Shown here: piece after piece, positions 56,414 to 64,000 of the stretch | How the letters are laid out: each line of letters starts with the position of its first letter | Position numbering within the stretch: position 1 is the stretch's first letter | Virus record (IMG/VR): IMGVR_UViG_3300042562_001598 | Location: 1-64,000 of that record | DNA: 64,000 nucleotides | Strand: one strand, 5' to 3' | Made by a program: the position numbers and the translations under genes | Notes under the pieces: generated by a model | Told to the model about the DNA's origin: nothing | Seen by the model: the letters and a program-made list of their open reading frames with translations, nothing else | Database searches by the model: none

Positions 56414-57322
56414 ATGTCGGTAGGAAGTTACGGAACTATAAGACCAAGTGATGTCAGTCCAGAGGATGTGGAAATAATTTTAAATTATACACCTAGTCGT
56501 GATTATACAGATAATTTTCTTTTAACAAAATTAGACGCTAAATCAATACTTAGACCTTATTATAATAATGATAAAACAGGTGGAAACGCCAATGTTGAAA
56601 TATTAGGTGGGTTATATAATTTAAGATTACCAGCTGAACAATTTAACAAAATTGGTATTTACACATTAATGATAAGACCAGCACAAATCAGAACTAAAAT
56701 TTTGGATTGTGGTGTATTATCGTCATTACCTAATGTTAAAGGTATTATTATTGATTTAAACAATGTTCCTACTGATTTTAGAAATAAATTTGTTAATCAA
56801 GGTTTAGTTGGTTTTAGAATTGAATATTTAAATTCAGATGGTACAAAAATACCTAATTTTTTTAGGATTATAACCTCATCATTCTTTTGTGAACCGGTTA
56901 TTCAGAATTTAACTAATACATCTCAAAAAGCTATACGATATAGATACACAGATAGTAATAGTAATTTAATTTATTGTACTGTTTCACCATCGTCAGCGCC
57001 ATCAAACAAACCAAATGCGACACCTTATATAGGTCAACCAGACCAAAATATTATTATTACTAATACATTCTTCAACCCTATTAGTGTTGATATTGAAATT
57101 GCGGAACATGATATTTCTACATTGGCAATTGCATTGTATGGTAATCAAACAAAATCTATTGATGATGGTATCTATACTATATACGATACTCAAAATAATA
57201 TTTACAAACAATATAACTTATACGAAATTAGAGACCAATTTAACGCTTTATTGTATGAAGTTAGACAAGATAGAGGAAATAATATTGATTTCAGTAAAAA
57301 CTTTACAAATATTACACAATAA
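56414..57322 (+). CDS. Putative structural protein
   Basis: 302 aa with TATTTAT at 56371-56377; its stop overlaps the next start. Confidence 0.6.
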   Translation: MSVGSYGTIRPSDVSPEDVEIILNYTPSRDYTDNFLLTKLDAKSILRPYYNNDKTGGNANVEILGGLYNLRLPAEQFNKIGIYTLMIRPAQIRTKILDCGVLSSLPNVKGIIIDLNNVPTDFRNKFVNQGLVGFRIEYLNSDGTKIPNFFRIITSSFFCEPVIQNLTNTSQKAIRYRYTDSNSNLIYCTVSPSSAPSNKPNATPYIGQPDQNIIITNTFFNPISVDIEIAEHDISTLAIALYGNQTKSIDDGIYTIYDTQNNIYKQYNLYEIRDQFNALLYEVRQDRGNNIDFSKNFTNITQ

Positions 57323-60300
57323 TGGCGTTAATAAAATATAAAAATCCCCCAATCGTTCCTGCGACAGGAGCTGGAACATTCTCCGATGACCTAGTAGGGT
57401 TTCAATTGGTGACTGGTGGTGGTTTAACGCAAGGAAATTTTGAGTTTACACAATCAATTACTGAAAAGAACAATAGGACTTTTAATACAGGTAATTTTTC
57501 AAATCCAATATCCTTAGAGGGTTTAGGTGTTGAGAGTGTTGCACAATCAAAAGCGATATTTGAGAAAAACTTTAATGTTTACCCGAATTACGATTTAAGT
57601 GATATTACAAATTTTACTTTATACGGTTCAATGGTTAAGAGAATATCCTCATCAATTGAAACGATATTGACTAAATTCCCGGCAGGTATTGAATCTACTT
57701 TTATGGGTTCAAATTATGTAACGGGTGAAACGGCTTCAAATATTTCATATAGTGAGATTGATGATACAACAACTTTTGAGTTAAGTGTGTCTAAAATCCG
57801 TAATCCGTTTGATGTTGACTTTACAACCAATTCAACCAGAAACTTACAGTTAAGAGAAGTTCAGGTTTCGTCATTAAGGAATATGACTACTCAGTATGCG
57901 AAATATTCGTTATATTTCAATGGTGAGGGTTATGAATTAAATGGTATTATACCGACAACATCATCAAGTAGTGGAATTTTAACTTTAAAAGTTACAGGTA
58001 ATCCATTTTCAGGTCAATCATTTAGTTATACTGATTTTATTGTTAGACCTAATGATTTTGAATCAAATAAAGTATTTATTGATGGTTTAGATGAGGTTGA
58101 AAAGTTTTTATTAAATAGAAATATTACTCCTAAATACACGGCAGTATTTAAAGTTCCTAAAGATGCTGATGACGGTACTTATTATACTTTAAATCAAGAG
58201 GTTACTTGGCCGATAGAAGGTGTGTGGAATTTAGACATTTCAAGTAATTCATTTAATAATTATTTAACAACATTGAATACAATTAGTGAATCTATGGATT
58301 CATATAAGACTAATTTAATTTCAAGGTTTTTAACAACTGGAGCATTTAAAGAGTTTGACACATCTGACCAAAAGATGGAAAAAGTTCTTCAAATTTACGG
58401 ACGAGGGTTTGATGAGACTAAAAAATTCATAAACGGATTGGCGTATATGAATTCTGTTAATTATAATGTTGGGAATGATATTCCATCTAAATTACTTAAA
58501 AATTTAGCACAAACACTAGGTTGGAACACTAATATTTCACCAACATCTGAAGACGACTTTTTAAGTTCGGTTTTTGGTGAAAAAAATAATGAAAAATCAA
58601 AATTTACAGGTATTTCAACACCGGCAACACCGGATGAGTTGAATTATCAGTTTTATAGGAATTTAATTATGAATTCCGCATATCTTTTCAAGGCAAAGGG
58701 GACTAGAAAATCAATTGAAATGTTAATGAGATTGATTGGTGCTCCGGATGCTTTAGTTGAATTTAATGAACACATTTATTTGGCTGACCAAAAGATTAAT
58801 ATAAATAATTTCAATACACAATACGCTGAAATTTCAGGGGGTACTTATGCTAAAGAATTACCAACACTTGAAGCTGGTAACACTTTTAAGATTAAGGGTG
58901 AGATATTTACAGGGTTTACAACCGAAACAGTTATTAAAGATGTAAACATAAGTAGAGGGCAATATCCTGTTGATGAAGAGGGTTATCCTTCATCACCAAT
59001 TAATACTGATGAATTTTTCTTTGAAAAAGGTAGTGGTTGGTTTGAATCAACACCAAAACATAGGTCACCTGAACAAGTTGATTTAACTAATAGTGTTTTC
59101 ACTGGTAGTAATCCTAGTTATCAAACTACCTTAACGCCATATTCATATGGTCAAGAGTATTTTGATAGGTTTAGAACATTACCATATATGAATTTAGGAT
59201 ATTCGTTAACTCTAACCATTGACAACAATAAAAGTTGGGTTGATAGTGAGGTTGGGTTAAGGTCTAATTTAGATGGGGGTTATAATGCACAATATTATAC
59301 TAGTGATGATAAACTAGTTTTAAATGCTAAAAATGTTGATTTATTTTTAAATCCGGCACAAGGATTAGTTTACGATGTATGGTATATGTCAAGAACTTAT
59401 AATTATCCAATTCCGAGTGAAGGTTTAAAAACATATCCTGAATACCCACAAAGAGGTGGAGTTGACTGGACAGATATTAATCCACAACCTGATAGAAAAA
59501 CATTTTTTGAGTTCGCTCAAACATTTTGGAATACAACTATTAATGTTAGAAATAGACAATTTGCGACAGATGGGGGAACGATGGGTTATCCTACACTCCA
59601 ATCAATATATTGGAAATATTTAGAGTCTGAAAAAAACGCTGGTATCAAAAATGATAACTTTAACTACGACACTATGATGGAGTATGTTAATGGAATTGGT
59701 GATTATTGGGTTAGATTAGTTGAACAAATGATACCTGCGAGTACTATTTGGAATACTGGGGTAAAAATAGAGAATTCTATATTTCATAGACAAAAATATG
59801 CTTGGAGAAGACAAAGAGGATGTCAATTCATTCCTACTCCTTGTAATCCATGTCAATTAACGACAAATATATACACCTATGATTGTCCAAATCAGTCTGT
59901 TGAATGTTTTAAATATCCTTGGGAGACTAATTCAAGTACACAATCATTCAATGGTGTTTTAGGTACTGTGTTAACTAATTATTTAACAAGTCAAGATTAT
60001 ACATTGGATAATTGTATAATAGATAGTATAAATAGTGATTGGTATGTTGATTTACGACTTGACGATACTATTGTTGTTAAACAATACTTTTTCTCTGGTC
60101 AAGGCGGGCCTAACGGAGGGAATAGTTCGCCTAGTAAAACACAATGGGATGTTGCGTTATCAACAGCGTTAACTAGTTTATTAACTTATGGCTATGAGTA
60201 TACTTTAACAAGTAATACTGTAACTGTTTATAACAAAATCTGTTCTAAAAATACTTCAGGTATTAATTTCAAGTTAAATGTTGGTGTTGATTTCACGATA

Positions 60301-60336
60301 AACTGTCCTGTTTATACTAAATCTTTATACGAATAA
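57322..60336 (+). CDS. Baseplate wedge protein (T4 gp7/P2 gpI-like)
   Basis: LLKNLAQTLGW...AYLFKAKGTRKSIEMLMRLIG, a gpI/gp7-type KGT motif. Confidence 0.6.
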   Translation: MALIKYKNPPIVPATGAGTFSDDLVGFQLVTGGGLTQGNFEFTQSITEKNNRTFNTGNFSNPISLEGLGVESVAQSKAIFEKNFNVYPNYDLSDITNFTLYGSMVKRISSSIETILTKFPAGIESTFMGSNYVTGETASNISYSEIDDTTTFELSVSKIRNPFDVDFTTNSTRNLQLREVQVSSLRNMTTQYAKYSLYFNGEGYELNGIIPTTSSSSGILTLKVTGNPFSGQSFSYTDFIVRPNDFESNKVFIDGLDEVEKFLLNRNITPKYTAVFKVPKDADDGTYYTLNQEVTWPIEGVWNLDISSNSFNNYLTTLNTISESMDSYKTNLISRFLTTGAFKEFDTSDQKMEKVLQIYGRGFDETKKFINGLAYMNSVNYNVGNDIPSKLLKNLAQTLGWNTNISPTSEDDFLSSVFGEKNNEKSKFTGISTPATPDELNYQFYRNLIMNSAYLFKAKGTRKSIEMLMRLIGAPDALVEFNEHIYLADQKININNFNTQYAEISGGTYAKELPTLEAGNTFKIKGEIFTGFTTETVIKDVNISRGQYPVDEEGYPSSPINTDEFFFEKGSGWFESTPKHRSPEQVDLTNSVFTGSNPSYQTTLTPYSYGQEYFDRFRTLPYMNLGYSLTLTIDNNKSWVDSEVGLRSNLDGGYNAQYYTSDDKLVLNAKNVDLFLNPAQGLVYDVWYMSRTYNYPIPSEGLKTYPEYPQRGGVDWTDINPQPDRKTFFEFAQTFWNTTINVRNRQFATDGGTMGYPTLQSIYWKYLESEKNAGIKNDNFNYDTMMEYVNGIGDYWVRLVEQMIPASTIWNTGVKIENSIFHRQKYAWRRQRGCQFIPTPCNPCQLTTNIYTYDCPNQSVECFKYPWETNSSTQSFNGVLGTVLTNYLTSQDYTLDNCIIDSINSDWYVDLRLDDTIVVKQYFFSGQGGPNGGNSSPSKTQWDVALSTALTSLLTYGYEYTLTSNTVTVYNKICSKNTSGINFKLNVGVDFTINCPVYTKSLYE

Positions 60337-60355
60337 AATAAATAAAATAATATAA

Positions 60356-62560
60356 ATGAGTTGTTTTTTATCATATACACAAAGTGTAACCGGGGATTGT
60401 TCCAATACTAATGTTGGTGCTTTTACTATTAATATTAATGGTGAAGCACCGGACTATATTATACAATGGTTAAGTCCACCTTTAGGTACAATTGCTTTGG
60501 GTGCTGGTGTTACAGCTTATACTCAAACTAATTTATCGGGGGGAACTTATAGTTTTAATGTTATTGACTCTTGTTTACCTACTAATACAACACAACCAAT
60601 TAATATTTATATTTCTACAGGTACTTGTGTTAGTTTAAACAATGTGGTTAATACATTATGTGGTAGTAATAATGGTACTTTAACAGCTGAAAATAGTAAC
60701 TTTTACGACACCTCAGAATTTTATTTATACGAAACAACTAATGGTTATATAACATCTGGTTCGTCCTTTGGTAATTCATTCACTTTTAATGATTTGTCAC
60801 CTGGGTTTTATTATGTCGTTGGTAATGATGGTGGAGGATGTACGGGTAAATCAGAAACTTGTATTATAAAAAGTTCAACAACAATTGATTATGGTTTTTA
60901 TATTGTAAATGACGCTGGGTGTACTGTAAATTCAGGTAAAGTTTTTATAACCGGTTTAACAGGTAACCCCCCATATACTTATTTATGGAGTAATGGTGCG
61001 GTTACAGATTCTATTAGTGGTTTAACTGCTGGGTATTATAGTGTTTCTGTTACTGATAGTACTTATTGTACAATATCAAAAAGTGCTATGGTTATTGATG
61101 TACCATCAGTTGGTTTAGGAGCTTTTGTTGTTACAAGTCCTTCATGTTTCACTAGTGATGGTGAGGTTGAGGTTATAATAACAGGAGGAACAGCACCATA
61201 TTATTATTTAGGGTCTAATGGACAATCATATATATCTTTCAGTACTTCTCAAACATTTACAGGTTTAGGTGGGGGATTATTCACGGTAACTGTAACGGAC
61301 GCTGGATTATGTAGTTTTACAAGTTCAATTTCTGTTTTAGTTCCAAATGGATTTAGTATTGCGACTATTGGTATAATAAATTCTAGTTGTAATAATTATG
61401 ATGGGTCTATTTCACCGATTAGTTTATTTGGTGGTAGTGGGAATTATGTTTATAGTTTAACTTATCCTGATGGACATACAATTTCTCAATCTACTACTAA
61501 TAGTAATTGGTCGTTTAATGGATTATCAGGTGGAACATACACATTAAGTATTAATGACGGGACTTGTTCTTTTGTGAGTGCTTACACTATTGATAACCAA
61601 GTTAAATATACCTTAAGTACCTCAACAACTGGGGTAACTTGTGGTTTAGATAATGGTTCGGTAACTTTAACTATTGGTTCTGGAGGAACACCACCATATT
61701 TATATGAGATTGATGGACAATCAATAAGTACGTCATTTACCTCACATACCTTTAATAATTTAAGTTATGGGTCTAATATGGCTTCGGTTACAGATTCATC
61801 AACACTTATTTGTAAACAAAATACTCCTTTTTTTATTGATGGTAGTTCAGGCGTTGATTTTACTTTAAATAGTACAAATGCAACCAATGGTTCTAATGGG
61901 ACTATTTCAACATTAATTACAAGTGGTGAACCACCATTCACTTTAGAATGGAGTAATAATGTAAATGGTCAAACAGGTTTAACCATAACTAATTTATCCG
62001 CGTCAACATATACCCTTAAAGTTACTGATAGTAATAGTTGTGTTAAAACTCAAAGTGTTGTAATTAATGGTTCTGTGATTTTAGGTTCTTACCAAACATA
62101 TGAAATATGTGAGGATATTTTTAGTGATACAACTACATTAGGTAAAAAAGGTCCTAAAGAAATGTTAAACGAAGGATTTTATGATTTAACTTCAGATTTT
62201 ACGGATTGTATTCTTAATAACGCCATTTTTACTGTTATGGTTGACATAAGTGGAGTTACGGCATCAACCGAGTTTTATACAGGGTATACTTTAAATGATT
62301 ATCCTACTGATAGTGTATATGAAACCGAATTATCTAATTTAATTGAGAGTTATCCACAAATTGGGGATGTTATTCTTATTCATTCTGAAAATACTATTGT
62401 GATAAAAACAAGTTGTGAAACTGAATATTTGGTTGATACGAGTATTAAAACATATCTTAAGATTAATTATGATATTTCTTGTGTTGTTGCGGATTGTGTA
62501 CCACCTGTGCCTTGTACAACAGATTTTGTTATGAGTGGTTATAGTTATAATATTTCTTAA
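60356..62560 (+). CDS. SprB-repeat-containing tail fibre/adhesin-like protein
   Basis: About six repeats with C...G.......GG(T/S)(P/A)PY.Y.WSNG...L..G.Y.V.V.D...C pattern. Confidence 0.7.
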   Translation: MSCFLSYTQSVTGDCSNTNVGAFTININGEAPDYIIQWLSPPLGTIALGAGVTAYTQTNLSGGTYSFNVIDSCLPTNTTQPINIYISTGTCVSLNNVVNTLCGSNNGTLTAENSNFYDTSEFYLYETTNGYITSGSSFGNSFTFNDLSPGFYYVVGNDGGGCTGKSETCIIKSSTTIDYGFYIVNDAGCTVNSGKVFITGLTGNPPYTYLWSNGAVTDSISGLTAGYYSVSVTDSTYCTISKSAMVIDVPSVGLGAFVVTSPSCFTSDGEVEVIITGGTAPYYYLGSNGQSYISFSTSQTFTGLGGGLFTVTVTDAGLCSFTSSISVLVPNGFSIATIGIINSSCNNYDGSISPISLFGGSGNYVYSLTYPDGHTISQSTTNSNWSFNGLSGGTYTLSINDGTCSFVSAYTIDNQVKYTLSTSTTGVTCGLDNGSVTLTIGSGGTPPYLYEIDGQSISTSFTSHTFNNLSYGSNMASVTDSSTLICKQNTPFFIDGSSGVDFTLNSTNATNGSNGTISTLITSGEPPFTLEWSNNVNGQTGLTITNLSASTYTLKVTDSNSCVKTQSVVINGSVILGSYQTYEICEDIFSDTTTLGKKGPKEMLNEGFYDLTSDFTDCILNNAIFTVMVDISGVTASTEFYTGYTLNDYPTDSVYETELSNLIESYPQIGDVILIHSENTIVIKTSCETEYLVDTSIKTYLKINYDISCVVADCVPPVPCTTDFVMSGYSYNIS

Positions 62561-62571
62561 ATAAATTACAT

Positions 62572-62871
62572 ATGACATCAATTGATTTATATTCTATTAG
62601 TGGTTTAAATTATCCATATACTGTTTATGTTTGTGATGTATATGGAAATCAGTGTATTTTAGTGTCAGTTATTTCTTCAAATGTTCCACCATATAATACA
62701 ATATTATTACCACCATTATTTGACCACGCGCCTGCGGTTGGAATCAAAATCATCACATCAGATGGTTGTGAAAGATTTAAGGTCTTTAATTGTGTTTTAA
62801 TTTATAAACAATTCCAAGATTTGGAGTTATTTGAGTTTATGGATGGTATTCAATATGATTTCCAAAATTAA
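62572..62871 (+). CDS. Small putative structural protein
   Basis: 99 aa, Cys-containing, in the fibre cluster. Confidence 0.6.
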   Translation: MTSIDLYSISGLNYPYTVYVCDVYGNQCILVSVISSNVPPYNTILLPPLFDHAPAVGIKIITSDGCERFKVFNCVLIYKQFQDLELFEFMDGIQYDFQN

Positions 62872-62942
62872 AGTATTTATTAATATGGAAAATTATTTAA
62901 TTTGTCAATAATTTTCTTATAATTTATTGAATATTAAAATTT

Positions 62943-63947
62943 ATGGGTTTTATTAATGAATGTGGTGTTATTACAATATTTCCTATGTCGGTTGAATGTG
63001 GTGATTATACTAATCCGACAACTCCAATTTCAAATAACGGGGAGGTATCAATTAATATAACAGGTGGAACACCGCCTTATGATATTACTTGGACGAATAA
63101 TGGTAGTAAAACAGCTACATTAATTAATTTACCACCTGGTAATTATACCGCGACAGTTACTGATTACTGGAAAGACTTTACAGGGGTTACTACATGTGTT
63201 TTAAGTGCTCAATCTTATAATTATTTATTGAATCAATGTTGTCCACCAACATTATATTGGAAATTACCTAATTTAACACCTACTAATTTAACAGGTGCTA
63301 CAGTGACAGGTGATTGTACAGGTCTTAATGTTATTATATCGGGAATGACTAATGATTTAAGAAATTGTTATTGTGATTACGAAATACCGACTTGTATTAC
63401 CGATAAGTATAGTGCTGAAACTCAAACTTGTGGAAGAAAAACTATTAAATATAATGCTGGTAGTGGAGTTTATTATTGGTTTGTACAAAACTTGGATTAT
63501 AACTTTTCTGTTTATAAGATAGAACCAAGTGTAACTTCAGGTAGTTATAACATATATAATTATAGTGGTTGTTGTTCTCAATCATATATGACAGGATTTA
63601 CTAATAATAGTGTTTTTAGTTCAGATTGTGGTCCATTCACAGGAACTGGGTTATTTGATTGGTATAACAGAACTGTTTTAAATGTTGGGTTAAATAATAA
63701 TTATTTATTCTACCCTTATTACAATAGTGGAACGACCAAATGTATGGTGAGTGGTGGTAGTAACCAAGAAATTGTTACAATATCATCAAATTATAATGTT
63801 TTAGGTAAATATATTAAAATTGTTAAAACACCAAATGATATTTCATATAATGTTACATCATTAGTTGATTTACCACCAACAGTGACTTGGACACCGGGTA
63901 TAATCTATAGTGGTTGCTCTTGGGATTATTTCTATAATAGAAGTTAA
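62943..63947 (+). CDS. Cys-rich fibre-associated protein with an N-terminal SprB-like repeat
   Basis: NGEVSINITGGTPPYDITW...LINLPPGNYTATVTD motif. Confidence 0.65.
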   Translation: MGFINECGVITIFPMSVECGDYTNPTTPISNNGEVSINITGGTPPYDITWTNNGSKTATLINLPPGNYTATVTDYWKDFTGVTTCVLSAQSYNYLLNQCCPPTLYWKLPNLTPTNLTGATVTGDCTGLNVIISGMTNDLRNCYCDYEIPTCITDKYSAETQTCGRKTIKYNAGSGVYYWFVQNLDYNFSVYKIEPSVTSGSYNIYNYSGCCSQSYMTGFTNNSVFSSDCGPFTGTGLFDWYNRTVLNVGLNNNYLFYPYYNSGTTKCMVSGGSNQEIVTISSNYNVLGKYIKIVKTPNDISYNVTSLVDLPPTVTWTPGIIYSGCSWDYFYNRS

Positions 63948-63965
63948 AATAAAAAAAAATAATAT

Positions 63966-64000
63966 ATGGCGTTTTCAGCTTCAACATGTGTAACAAATTT
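63966..64000 (+). CDS. Start of the next gene (truncated by the window edge)
   Basis: ATG after an A-rich leader; MAFSASTCVTN is open to the end of the window. Confidence 0.4.
   Translation, partial: MAFSASTCVTN

Noticed and set aside
1175-62581. Many short overlapping ORFs in the track (e.g. 1175..1384, 1347..1622, 5715..5993, 14160..14390, 25425..25757, 44180..44599, 62339..62581)
   Set aside because: They lie within or antisense to well-supported long genes and have no recognisable motifs, so they are treated as shadow ORFs.
62885-62911. Tiny ORF MENYLICQ after a TATTTAT motif
   Set aside because: Only 8 codons; the motif more simply serves the gene at 62943.
390-63947. Stop-codon reassignment (code 15 or code 4), as in some large phages
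   Set aside because: Long conserved genes are intact in code 11 and coding density is high without recoding.

Overview
This AT-rich 64-kb window looks like part of a large T4-like contractile-tailed (myovirus/jumbo) phage genome read in the standard genetic code. Replication and nucleotide genes include family-B DNA polymerase, an SNF2-type helicase, gp32-like SSB, RecA/UvsX, a 5'-3' exonuclease, DnaB-like helicase and class Ia NrdB/NrdA. They are interleaved with neck, sheath, tube, tape-measure, baseplate and SprB-repeat fibre genes and three free-standing endonuclease genes. All product calls come from motif recognition by eye; no database search was run. The most notable unannotated signals are: (1) two exact-period 198-bp tandem copies of a ~160-nt RNA at the window start, with five fully compensatory base-pair changes, a pseudoknot and a terminator hairpin on each copy; (2) a likely +1 frameshift at UUU_UUU_CGG that extends the tail chaperone just before the tape-measure gene; (3) two copies of an RHH-plus-HNH cassette whose small RHH ORF is missing from the supplied ORF track; (4) a recurring TATTTAT motif before start codons; (5) a shared MK(I/V)II(T)E-type N-terminal leader on unrelated proteins; (6) OmpA-like, GH73-like, Ig-like, SprB and transmembrane domains in virion proteins. 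I found no tRNA, rRNA, CRISPR array, intein or evidence of stop-codon recoding.
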